Of a stretch of 64,000 nt of DNA, positions 47,282-56,418 are shown piece after piece. The DNA lies in NCBI GenBank assembly GCA_025558095.1, contig JAIVFI010000001.1, forward strand, positions 1,426,001 to 1,490,000, written 5' to 3'. Source of the stretch: Hyaloraphidium curvatum SAG 235-1. Lineage: Eukaryota > Fungi > Monoblepharomycota. The notes under the pieces are model-generated. The model was not told where the DNA came from, did no database searches, and worked only from the letters and a program-made list of their open reading frames with translations. Numbering within the stretch: position 1 is the first letter of the stretch; every line of letters begins with the position of its first letter. A program made the translations under genes and the position numbers.

Positions 47282-49372
47282 ATGGCCGACGCTGCTTCCG
47301 AGCGTGCGCCGCTGCTCGGCGGGGCGGCGGCGCCCGACGGGCCGGCGGACGAGGCGGCGGTGCGGGACGCGTTCACGCCGCGGCGCACGTCGGAGCTCGT
47401 CGAACAGGTCATGGGACTCGTGGCCAAGGAAATCACCGAATCGTTCGCGACGCTGGACGATGCGCTCGAGGGCGAGCCGGCGGTCGGCCCCGAGGGCGCC
47501 GCCGAGGCGGTCGTCGCGTCGGCCAGCGGCGCCGCGGTGTACGTGTCGCTGTGCGCCATGAAGCGCTTCCAGGACCGCTCGCACGCGCCGATCGAGACGA
47601 TGCCCGACGCCGGCGCCGGCTGGCCGCCGGACCTGCTGTGGAGCCGCGCCCGGTTCGCGGAGCTGGTCGCGATCGCGGCGCTCGAGGCGCTCATCGCGAA
47701 ACACGGCACGCGGGAGGCCATACTCGAGTCGCTGTGCGCGCTGTACCCCAAGGAGGAGGAGCCGGCCGAGGCCGGCGCCAGCGTGGCAAGGAAGCTCGGC
47801 GACTACGAGGGCGAGAACGCCATACTGCAGGGCGCCCAGTGCGGCGCCAACAAGTTTGTCGGCCAAGCGGCCGTGACCATGGCGTGGGCCTCCTGGTGGC
47901 TGCCCGATTGGCGTTCATTTGCTCACTTGCTGCCTGCCTCCCAGCGTCGACTGGATCTGGTCCGGCACGGTCTGCTTCGCGGGCTCCGCCGCCGGCCCCG
48001 ACGGCGTCGTCCACCCTCTCTACACCCCCGTCCTCAAGAGCAGCGACTTTGGTCTGAGCGCCCTGGCCTCGGGCAACGGCCGGCTGCGCGTGCCGGCCAA
48101 CGGCCGCTTCGCCGCCCGCATCCTCCTCGCGACCTTCATCGGCCTCTACACCTACGTGCTTGCCAACCGCACCGAGACGCCCGGGCCGGCCGAGTGGGCC
48201 ATGATGCTGTTTGCCCTGTCGTACGCGCTGGCCGAGCTGGGGCAGATCGCGCAGCTGGGGCTGGGGCTCTACGTGGCCGACTTCTGGAACGACGTGGACC
48301 TCGTCCTCTGGTGGGTCGCTTCTGGCCCGAATATTACCCCCTACGGGTGTTCATGCGGCGCCTTTGTGCCAGGGGAACGTTCATCGGCTGCGCCTGCATC
48401 CGTATCTACTCGCTCCTGCGCCCGGCCCCCCCGGGGGACCCCGACGACGGCACCTCCCCCTCCGACACCTACTACGACTTCCTCTCCTTCGCCGCCGTCC
48501 CCCTGTGGCTCCGCGTCCTCAGCGCCTTCTCCGAGATCCCCTTCGTCGCGACCACCCTGATGACCGTGCGCCGGGTGCTCCGCGACACGCGGCTCTTTTT
48601 GATCCTGCTGATCCCGCTGTGCGTGGGGTTCTCGCAGGCCCTGCGGGGGCTGGATCCCAAGGGCAAGGCGGGGATGGGGTTCTGGGGGGTGTTTTTCCTG
48701 CTCATGAGGGGGTTCATCGGGGATCTGGACTTTGACGCCGCGCAGGCGTTCCACCCTTTCTGGGGCCCGGTGTTCTACGGCTCCTTTGTCGCCATCGGGT
48801 GCGTTGCCTGCGGTGCAGATCACTCGTGGCGGATCCAGCTGACCTCCCTTCATTCCACCAGCTACATCATCCTGGGCAACCTGCTCGTCGCCATCTACTG
48901 GGAATCCTACTACGCCGCCCTCGCCGACGCCGGCTACCGCTTCCGCCTGCAGCGCATCCTCGCGGCCCTGGAGCTCGGCGACCTCGGCACCCCGCGGCCG
49001 TTCCCGCCGCCCTTCAACCTGCTCGAGCTGGTGCTTGTCAAGCCCGCCGTGCTGGTGTTTGGGCGGGGGGGCGAGACGTGGGCGAGGGCGGTGTGGTGGG
49101 TCGCGTGCGCGCCGGTGCATTTGCTGGTGGCGCTCAAGGAGGAGGTGGTGCGGCCGGCGGTCGCGGCCGCCGCGGAGGGGGGGCCTGCGGCGGCCAAGGA
49201 GGCGGATGCGGCGCCCGCGGAGGAGGAGGAAGGGAAGGCTTCGCCCGTGGCGGAGTTTGCGGACCGCCTGGTGGCCGCGCTCGCGCTGGACCGCGCGCAG
49301 GCGGATCGGCTGGTGGCGCTGCACGACGCCGAGGTCGCGGAGCGGAAGAAGGAGATCGCGCCGGCCAGCTAG
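47282..49372 (+). CDS. TRP-like cation channel (Yvc1-like), multi-exon
   Basis: YVADFWNDVDL, LWLRVLSAF, pore region LLMRGFIGD, S6 ILGNLLVAI and post-S6 PPPFNLLE; short introns present. Confidence 0.75.
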   Translation: MADAASERAPLLGGAAAPDGPADEAAVRDAFTPRRTSELVEQVMGLVAKEITESFATLDDALEGEPAVGPEGAAEAVVASASGAAVYVSLCAMKRFQDRSHAPIETMPDAGAGWPPDLLWSRARFAELVAIAALEALIAKHGTREAILESLCALYPKEEEPAEAGASVARKLGDYEGENAILQGAQCGANKFVGQAAVTMAWASWWLPDWRSFAHLLPASQRRLDLVRHGLLRGLRRRPRRRRPPSLHPRPQEQRLWSERPGLGQRPAARAGQRPLRRPHPPRDLHRPLHLRACQPHRDARAGRVGHDAVCPVVRAGRAGADRAAGAGALRGRLLERRGPRPLVGRFWPEYYPLRVFMRRLCARGTFIGCACIRIYSLLRPAPPGDPDDGTSPSDTYYDFLSFAAVPLWLRVLSAFSEIPFVATTLMTVRRVLRDTRLFLILLIPLCVGFSQALRGLDPKGKAGMGFWGVFFLLMRGFIGDLDFDAAQAFHPFWGPVFYGSFVAIGCVACGADHSWRIQLTSLHSTSYIILGNLLVAIYWESYYAALADAGYRFRLQRILAALELGDLGTPRPFPPPFNLLELVLVKPAVLVFGRGGETWARAVWWVACAPVHLLVALKEEVVRPAVAAAAEGGPAAAKEADAAPAEEEEGKASPVAEFADRLVAALALDRAQADRLVALHDAEVAERKKEIAPAS

Positions 49373-49486
49373 GGATAAGGAAGTGGTGCGCAAAACTATG
49401 TAACGGCGCCCGAAGCTACTGGGGTATACATGCGTTCGTCAGATGCAGTTCCAAATGCAGGTCGCGTCCGCCAGGCACCCGATCCA

Positions 49487-50554
49487 TCACAGGCCTCCCG
49501 AATCCGCCTTTACAAGCGGCCGCACCTCTTCCCTCACCCCCGGTCCTGCGCCCCCCTCCTTGGCCACCTTGGCCCCCAACGCCACCGTCCACACCCCCGC
49601 CACCACCAGCGCGCTCCCCCCCATCCCCACCGCGTCCGGCCGCCCCATCCCCAGCGCGCCTTGCGCCGCGTACACCAGCGGGTTCGACAGCGTCCCGACG
49701 ACCAGCACGTGCGTCGCGGGCAGGTCGCTTAGCGCGCGGAGCATCGCCGTGTGGCCCGAGAGGGTGGCGGCCACGGAAGCCAGGAGGAGGGCGAACTGGT
49801 ACGGGGAGGGGCGGGCGGCGGTGCGGATGCCCGAGGCGAGGAACCACGGCACGCCGATGGCCAGCTGCCCGGCGAGCATGGCGAGGATGAGGTGGTCGTT
49901 GGTCAGCAGGGAGCGCTTGTCCGCGTCCTCGGCCTTTTCCGCCGCCGCGCGCTGCTCGGCGATCGTGCGCGCGTGCACCGACATGACGGCCGCCTTGAGC
50001 GAGGTGAAGACGGCCAGGAAGACGTAGAAGGGGTAGTACGGGTCGGCCAGGGAGGGCGGCAGCGCCTCGGGCCCGCCGTGCATGGCGGTCCTGCCCGCCT
50101 CTGCCAGGCCGAGGAACGACGGCCGCGAAATGAGCGCCATCCCGGACAGACACAGCGCGAGGGCGAGCAGGGTCGGACCCGTCGGCCTCTCGCGCCACGC
50201 GGCCCACTCGAGGGCGGCGGCCAGCACGGGCGACGAGTTGCAGAGCACGTGGGCGTCGCCCACGGGCAGGTGCGAGAGGGAGAGCGTCAGCGTGACGATC
50301 GACGAGCCGTAGACGGCGGCGCGGAAGGCGAGCGCCGCGAGGTGGCCGGCCGGCAGGAGCGGCACGCCGCCGGAGCGCATGCGGCGCGCCAGCAGCGAGA
50401 ACGCGATCGCCGCGCGCGCGACGATGAGCGCCGACGGGTGCGCCGCCGACGACGCGAGGTACAGCGAGATCGACAGCGAGAGCGCCGCCGACGCGGCCGC
50501 CGCCACGGCCGCGAGCGCGACCCCGCGCGCCGCGGTGCCGCCGGCAGGAAACAT
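49487..50554 (-). CDS. EamA/DMT-family membrane transporter
   Basis: Multiple TM helices; SLSHLPVGDAHVLCNSSPVLAAALEWAAWRE and LSGMALISRPSFL. Confidence 0.75.
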   Translation of the reverse strand: MFPAGGTAARGVALAAVAAAASAALSLSISLYLASSAAHPSALIVARAAIAFSLLARRMRSGGVPLLPAGHLAALAFRAAVYGSSIVTLTLSLSHLPVGDAHVLCNSSPVLAAALEWAAWRERPTGPTLLALALCLSGMALISRPSFLGLAEAGRTAMHGGPEALPPSLADPYYPFYVFLAVFTSLKAAVMSVHARTIAEQRAAAEKAEDADKRSLLTNDHLILAMLAGQLAIGVPWFLASGIRTAARPSPYQFALLLASVAATLSGHTAMLRALSDLPATHVLVVGTLSNPLVYAAQGALGMGRPDAVGMGGSALVVAGVWTVALGAKVAKEGGAGPGVREEVRPLVKADSGGL

Positions 50555-52168
50555 GGCCGCCGGTCGGCGCACGAACGAGCCGGGTACGTCTTCCTGGCGC
50601 GCCGTAGACGGGAAGGGAGGGTTCGAGGGATCGAGATGAAGAAAGGGCAGCACAGCCAGCGACCGGTCCCTCGAGCCCTCGGCCCGAGCAGAATCGGGCT
50701 GGTCGCTCTTCGATCCAGCGCTGCAAGTGGCCCATATGGTCAACGTTCATAGCCGAGCTTCAGAACTCGACGTCCCCAGGGGCATGAAGTCCGGCGATGC
50801 GGGGTCGGCCGCCGATCCCATCACCGTGAAAGGGGACGGTCCGTTCCGCGCGAATGTGCTAGAGGCCATCGAGTCCATGTCGTCCCGGTCCAATAACCTC
50901 GGATGCTCGAGGGCGAGCGTCCGACTGTAGCAGTGGGTGATCGCACTCGACAGGTCCGCGGCTCCCGCGCGCCTCAAGACGATTTAGGCTTACAACCGGA
51001 GGCATTAGATTTTGCATGTGACCTTCTGCCAATTGGGACCGATACCTTGAAAACGCAGAATCAGCCATATCCTTGTTTGAGGTTTTCTTCAAATAATGCT
51101 TAGTCTGCGCAATGAGAGCTTCCCTCTTTACTTGTGGCTTGTTTAAATCTGCACCCCGTTTGAGCTTCCAAATGTTGGATCGCAAAATGCGGATCAAAAG
51201 ATACAAGAAACTGATGGAGATCTGGTCTTTCTAGGAACTCCTCGAATACAGGGTAAACCCAGCGCATGTATTGTGGAGATTTGTAGAATAAGTAAGGCCG
51301 CAGAGCAGAAAAAGACTGAGAAAGCACGGCGACCACCGGCAACCGGTCGAGCGAGGCGGCGAGGTCCGGGGTGAATGGGAACCCGGGGCCGGAGACCACG
51401 GGGTGCTCCACCCGGTCGAGCCAGCGCGAGTCGAAGCTGTTCACGGCCCCCGCTTCCTCCGAGGCGGAGCATATCGGCAATGTCAGGTCGGGGATCATGA
51501 AAGGATCGCGAAGCAGCCCCACTCATCCAAACGCGCGCTTGCACTGGTTCGAAAGCAAAGCTGCGCAATCGCTCGAAAGCAGACGCCTGTGGACGTGGTG
51601 CGCTGCGGCGCGCGATCGACCCAGTCCCCGGGGGACGATGCGGCATGAACAGGAGATGGACGGGCTCACATCACGTTGGAAATGATATCCAGCATCACTA
51701 GGCTCGCAAGCCAGCGATCGAGCCTTGCTCGTACCATTCCCGGAGGATGCAGTGCCCGTGATGAGCTGCTCCGTCGGCGTCAGCGCACCGCACGACGGTG
51801 ACACAGCGGGGAGGCGCCATTGCGCGAGCGGCGCAAGCGGTTCAGACCGGCTACGTCGGAAAGTTTTCGCGGCGACCCCGCCCTGCTCCGACGCGTACCC
51901 GCGGTTTTGCGCGCAGAAGAGCGGCGCCTTTGCCCGCGCGCTGACTCACCGGGATCGCGTCGCCCATCCAGGCCCTGCTCCGGCCGAGGTTGCGCACCGT
52001 GTCGTGTACAGTGGGGTGATGCAAAGTCGGGCGGTTCACGCTGCTGTGTCGCGGTCCCGATGCGCCGGCGGTGCGATTACGATTCAGGCATCTGGGCCTG
52101 GATCGCAAGGGACCGCATGACTCAAGCACCCGAAACAAACAATCTCGCCGCCGGAGCTCCCTGCAGCG

Positions 52169-52970
52169 ATGGGCAAAGCATTGCCGCTGAGCCTCTTTCT
52201 CTTGGCCGTCGCCGCCGCCTCCGGGGCGCTCGCGAGGTGGGCGCGCCGCCGCTGTTGCCCGCCACCGTCCTCACCTGTCCCCGTCCGCCCGCCCGATCCC
52301 CTGTCGGCTGCTCTCGCCCGCTGCGTTCCCACAGCCCCGTCGAGCAGCGCGGGCTTTCGGTGACCTTTGCGCCGTCGTGCGCCGCCTGTGCCGCCGACAC
52401 CTTCTGGTGGGTCGTCCGAGCCGCCCGCCTGCCCACCTCCCGACCAACCGCCCGCCCGCCCCCCCCCCCAGCGAGTACGGCTACCCCGGCACCCCGGCCG
52501 ACTCGATCGCCTGCGTTGCCGGCGGCTCGCTCAGGCAGCTTTACCGCCGCTACGACACGGGCAACGAGTGCCCCGACGTGGAGCAGGACGAGCTCACCTA
52601 CTTCCCCGTCGGGTCGCAGCTCTGCCCCGCCGGCGCCCAATCCGCCCAGGCGTGCGACACCTCCACGGGCAGTTTTGCCACGGGGTCGTCGGCCAGCGGC
52701 ACCTGCCAGGAGAACGGCGCGGGCCACGTGTGCTGCGCCGTCGGCTCCGCCCTCGCGGCCGTCTGCGAGGGGTGGCAGCCCGATTCCAAGCTGTGCGTCA
52801 CGTCCGTCGGCGGAGGCCTGGCCGTCAACCCCGTGGGGATCACCGAGGCCATGCAGTGCGACTTTGGCACCGGGGTCGTGGGCTCCGGGACGGGGGTGTG
52901 CTTCATTGGGTCCGCCGATCCCGTCGCGGGGTATATTGCGGGGTGCTGCCAGACGAGCGGGGGGCAGTGA
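52169..52970 (+). CDS. Secreted Cys/Gly-rich protein, two introns
   Basis: Signal MGKALPLSLFLLAVAAASGALA; middle exon PVEQRGLSVTFAPSCAACAADTFC|EYGY; many Cys residues. Confidence 0.7.
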
Positions 52971-53535
52971 TTCCGCTGCGCCGTTCGGAGCACGTCGTCG
53001 ACTTTCGTAAACCAGCGCATGCCCCGACGGGCATGACCTGCAGCTAAACCAGAGGTACAGGGCTTCCAGTGTACACGGGGGAAAGAACATCCTCGCCCTC
53101 ATCGACGGGATCCCTGGGGGCGGAACCGAACTATCCTCGTTCTGACATGTATGAATCGGAATTCGGAGACTGCGTGAGATTCTAGGCGATTCGGCGGGAT
53201 TCCTGGGCTAGGAAGACCGATCCGCGCCAGTCGTTGGGGCACTGCCGGCACGGATCCCGCGAATCCTGCCCACTTATCGCCGAATCCACTCCTCGGCACC
53301 ATCTTCCGCCTGCCGAGGTTCTCCGGGATGCAGGTAGCCGGTCGGACCGGGCGGGATCCGCGCGCGGGAAAATCGGAGCGTTTCGTCGCTGCCCTTGCTC
53401 TCCAAACATTACGCAAACGTCTCCCGGCCGAGCGCGGGTATAAAACCGGCCGGAAGCTGGCGTGCGGTGCTCCATCAAAGCCATCGAACAGCTTCCCGCC
53501 GCCTTCGACGCCCAGTCTCCGTTGAACGGAAAGCA

Positions 53536-54225
53536 ATGAACGTGCTCGTTTCCGGAGCGACGGGGGAGGTCGGCCGCGGCATCGCCGCCGCCTTCCTCGC
53601 GCGCGGCGCGTCGCGCGTCTTCATCCTCGGTCGCAGCGCCGACAAGCTCGAGGCCGTCAAGCAGAAGCACCTCGGCTCGGACCCCCGCGCGGTGCCAGTG
53701 GCCGCCGACTACTCGACCGAGGCCGGCGCCCGCGAGGCCGCCAGGAAGGTGCAGGAGCTGCTGGCGGGGGAGAAGCTCGACCACGTGGTGTCGTCCTCGG
53801 GCCCGTGGTGGCAGGTTCCCTCGCTCGCGGGCATGGACCCCGCCAAGTGGAGGGAGGCGATGGCGGCCAACGTCGACGCGCACTTCTACGCCTACCGCTT
53901 CCTGATCGGCCTCACCAAGGGGAGCTTCCAGATCGTCAACGGCGCCGCCAAGGACGGCCTCCCCGGGATCGGGCTGACGGGGATCACGGCCAACGCCGTG
54001 GACGGCTTCGCGCGCGTCGCCGCGCACGAGGCCAAGCGCGGGGGCGGGGCCAGGGTGTACAACGTGCTCCTAGCGTCGTCGGTGGGGCATGCCGCGCAGA
54101 GGGGGAGGACGAACGATCCGGCAGAGTACGGGCACGCGTTCGTGGCGATCGCGCTGGGCAAGGCCGGGGGGACCGAGGTGGCGCTGGACGACGCGGCGGC
54201 GGCGAGGCTGATCGCTTCGCTGTGA
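53536..54225 (+). CDS. Atypical short-chain dehydrogenase/reductase
   Basis: NVLVSGATGEVGRGIA and LDHVVSSSG; no YxxxK motif; TATAAAA about 95 bp upstream. Confidence 0.8.
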   Translation: MNVLVSGATGEVGRGIAAAFLARGASRVFILGRSADKLEAVKQKHLGSDPRAVPVAADYSTEAGAREAARKVQELLAGEKLDHVVSSSGPWWQVPSLAGMDPAKWREAMAANVDAHFYAYRFLIGLTKGSFQIVNGAAKDGLPGIGLTGITANAVDGFARVAAHEAKRGGGARVYNVLLASSVGHAAQRGRTNDPAEYGHAFVAIALGKAGGTEVALDDAAAARLIASL

Positions 54226-54535
54226 GCCGAGCATGGTTCGGGGGAGACACCGGGACCGGATGGCAGTCTGTATCAGATCGAATTGAAGTGTGCCAAGGAC
54301 TATGACGCCTTCCCGTCCATCTTCCATCCAAGCATCTTTCCAGCAAATTGGGCAATCTGGAGGACGGATCATTTAAGACTCCGTCGCGATGCTGCTTCTG
54401 CCTGCCTCCCACTCTAGCAGCTGGCCGGCCGGTTTTCGGGATTCCAGCCCGACCGGCCGGCCCGAAGGCAGCCCCCAGCCCGACTCGTCCCTCAATCACA
54501 AGACGTTCCCCTTCCGCGCCGGATCCCCTCCGCCG

Positions 54536-55486
54536 ATGTCCAAACGCGCGCGCGTGCTCTCTCTGCTCGCGGGCGGCCCCGCCGACGCGGTGCCCGCCGC
54601 GTTCTTTGTGCACTTCCCGGAAAACGCGCACTTTGGCGACGCGGCCGCCGACGCGCACCGCGCCTTCTTCCGCGCGACCGACGCCGACGTCGTGAAGGTG
54701 CAGTTCGAGCAGCCCGCGCCGGTCGTGGACCCGCCGGTGCGGGACGCCGCGGACTGGCGGCGGCTGCCCGGCCTCGTCGAGGCGCACTTTGCCCCCACCG
54801 CCGACATAATCGGAAAGCTGTCGGATTTAAAGACCGAGGCGCTGCTCATCGCCACCATCTACTCGCCCTTTATGCACGCCATGCACATGGCCGGCGACGT
54901 CGACCCCGTGCTGCACGCGCAGCAGGACCCCGACGCCGTGCGGGCCGGCCTGCGGACCGCAACACAAAGCACCTGCGCGCTCATCGCCGCCTGCCGCAAG
55001 GCCGGGCTCGACGGGTTCTACCTCTCGACGCAGGGCGGCGAGGCGTTCCGCGCAAACACGCCCGAGGGCCGCGCCTTCTTCGAAGATTTCGTCGTGCCCG
55101 CGGACCTCGAAGCGTGGCGGGCAGCGGAGGGCTGCGCGTTCAACGTGCTGCACATCTGCGAGTACCTCGGCCCTTACGATGACCTCGGGGCGTTCAGGGA
55201 GTACCCCGCGCACGCGGTGAGCTGCCCGCTCAACATCGGGGGGAGGCAGTGGACGGCGGCAGAGGCCGCGGCGTTTTTCGGCAAGCCGTTCGTCGGGGGA
55301 TTGTACCGCAAGGGCATTATTGCGACGGGGACCCCGGAGGAGGCGAGGAGGGCGGCGGAGGAGGTGCTGCGCGGGGCGCCGCCGCGGGGGTTCATGCTGG
55401 GCGCGGACTGCACGGTGCCAGGGGACACACCGTGGGCCAACCTCAGGGCGGCCGTGGATGCAGCGCATGCCGTGAAGCCGAGCTGA
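54536..55486 (+). CDS. Uroporphyrinogen decarboxylase (URO-D) superfamily protein, bacterial type, intronless
   Basis: VPAAFFVHF, ATIYSPF, AGLDGFYLSTQG, NVLHIC and FMLGADCTVPGDTPWANLRAAVDAAH. Confidence 0.8.
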   Translation: MSKRARVLSLLAGGPADAVPAAFFVHFPENAHFGDAAADAHRAFFRATDADVVKVQFEQPAPVVDPPVRDAADWRRLPGLVEAHFAPTADIIGKLSDLKTEALLIATIYSPFMHAMHMAGDVDPVLHAQQDPDAVRAGLRTATQSTCALIAACRKAGLDGFYLSTQGGEAFRANTPEGRAFFEDFVVPADLEAWRAAEGCAFNVLHICEYLGPYDDLGAFREYPAHAVSCPLNIGGRQWTAAEAAAFFGKPFVGGLYRKGIIATGTPEEARRAAEEVLRGAPPRGFMLGADCTVPGDTPWANLRAAVDAAHAVKPS

Positions 55487-55733
55487 TCGTTGGGGACGAA
55501 CCATGCGGTGACCCGTTGGTCTTGAGACCTCTTCGTCGGGTGCCTACCCGTTACTTCAACTTGGCAGATGTGTAGCAATATGTACAAAGAGAATGACCAC
55601 GGAGCCATCCGACTTCAGAAAAGGCTATGGCATTCCCGCTTCCGCGAGCAGAGTGACCGATCCGCTCATGGCATTGGCCCGCCACAACGCCGGCGCAGGA
55701 CCCCAGTGTCCCCAGCCCGGCCCACACGGCAGC

Positions 55734-55964
55734 TCACCGCCTCGCGAGCCACTCGAAATCGTCCTCGATGACGCTCCCGACGGGGCTCCCGTACCACAGC
55801 GACCTCGCGTGCCCCATGACGTCCATCGTCCTCCCCTTGCCCTCGCGGGCGGCGATGCGCTCGAGCCGGCTGTGCCGCTCCCTCTTGTCGAGCCGCACGT
55901 TGTACCCGCGCCGGAGGAGCCACTGGTTGGCGGGGTGCTCGACAATGCTCGGCTGGTTGCCCAT
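55734..55964 (-). CDS. Small basic hypothetical protein (at least 76 aa)
   Basis: ATG directly follows a CTGAC..GCAG acceptor (probable 5'UTR intron); host-like codon use; GTGAGC at the 3' end may be a donor. Confidence 0.45.
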   Translation of the reverse strand: MGNQPSIVEHPANQWLLRRGYNVRLDKRERHSRLERIAAREGKGRTMDVMGHARSLWYGSPVGSVIEDDFEWLARR

Positions 55965-56418
55965 CTGCGGTGCGCGGGCTCCGTCAGCGTGGGGCGCCCC
56001 GGTGCACGGCTCGGGTTACCCACGATTCGCGGTTTCTGTTGCTTTTTCGCGCCTTCTCGCGCTGCTCAAAGGGTCGTTTTTGTCAGAGTGCTTTGTTGGT
56101 TTTGAATGTCGTCCGTCAGAGCGGCCGCACGGCAAGTCACAGCTCGGACTTGACTCATCCCAACTCAAACTCGTGGCTCACACAAACTCAAAAGGGCCCG
56201 GATCGTTGGAAGCAAAGACGACAAAATCTTGCGATGCATATCGATGCAGGCCAAGGATATACTATATCTCACTTGTTCTGCATGCCGAGCTAAATGAATC
56301 CAGCTTGACGTGTCCCTGCTGGTGCCAAGCTCCGAGATCGTCGAGGCCAGATTTCCATTCCCATGCACATTGATGCAGGACAACCAAGTTCAATGCATAA
56401 TGCCCGCGCCAGAATAGC

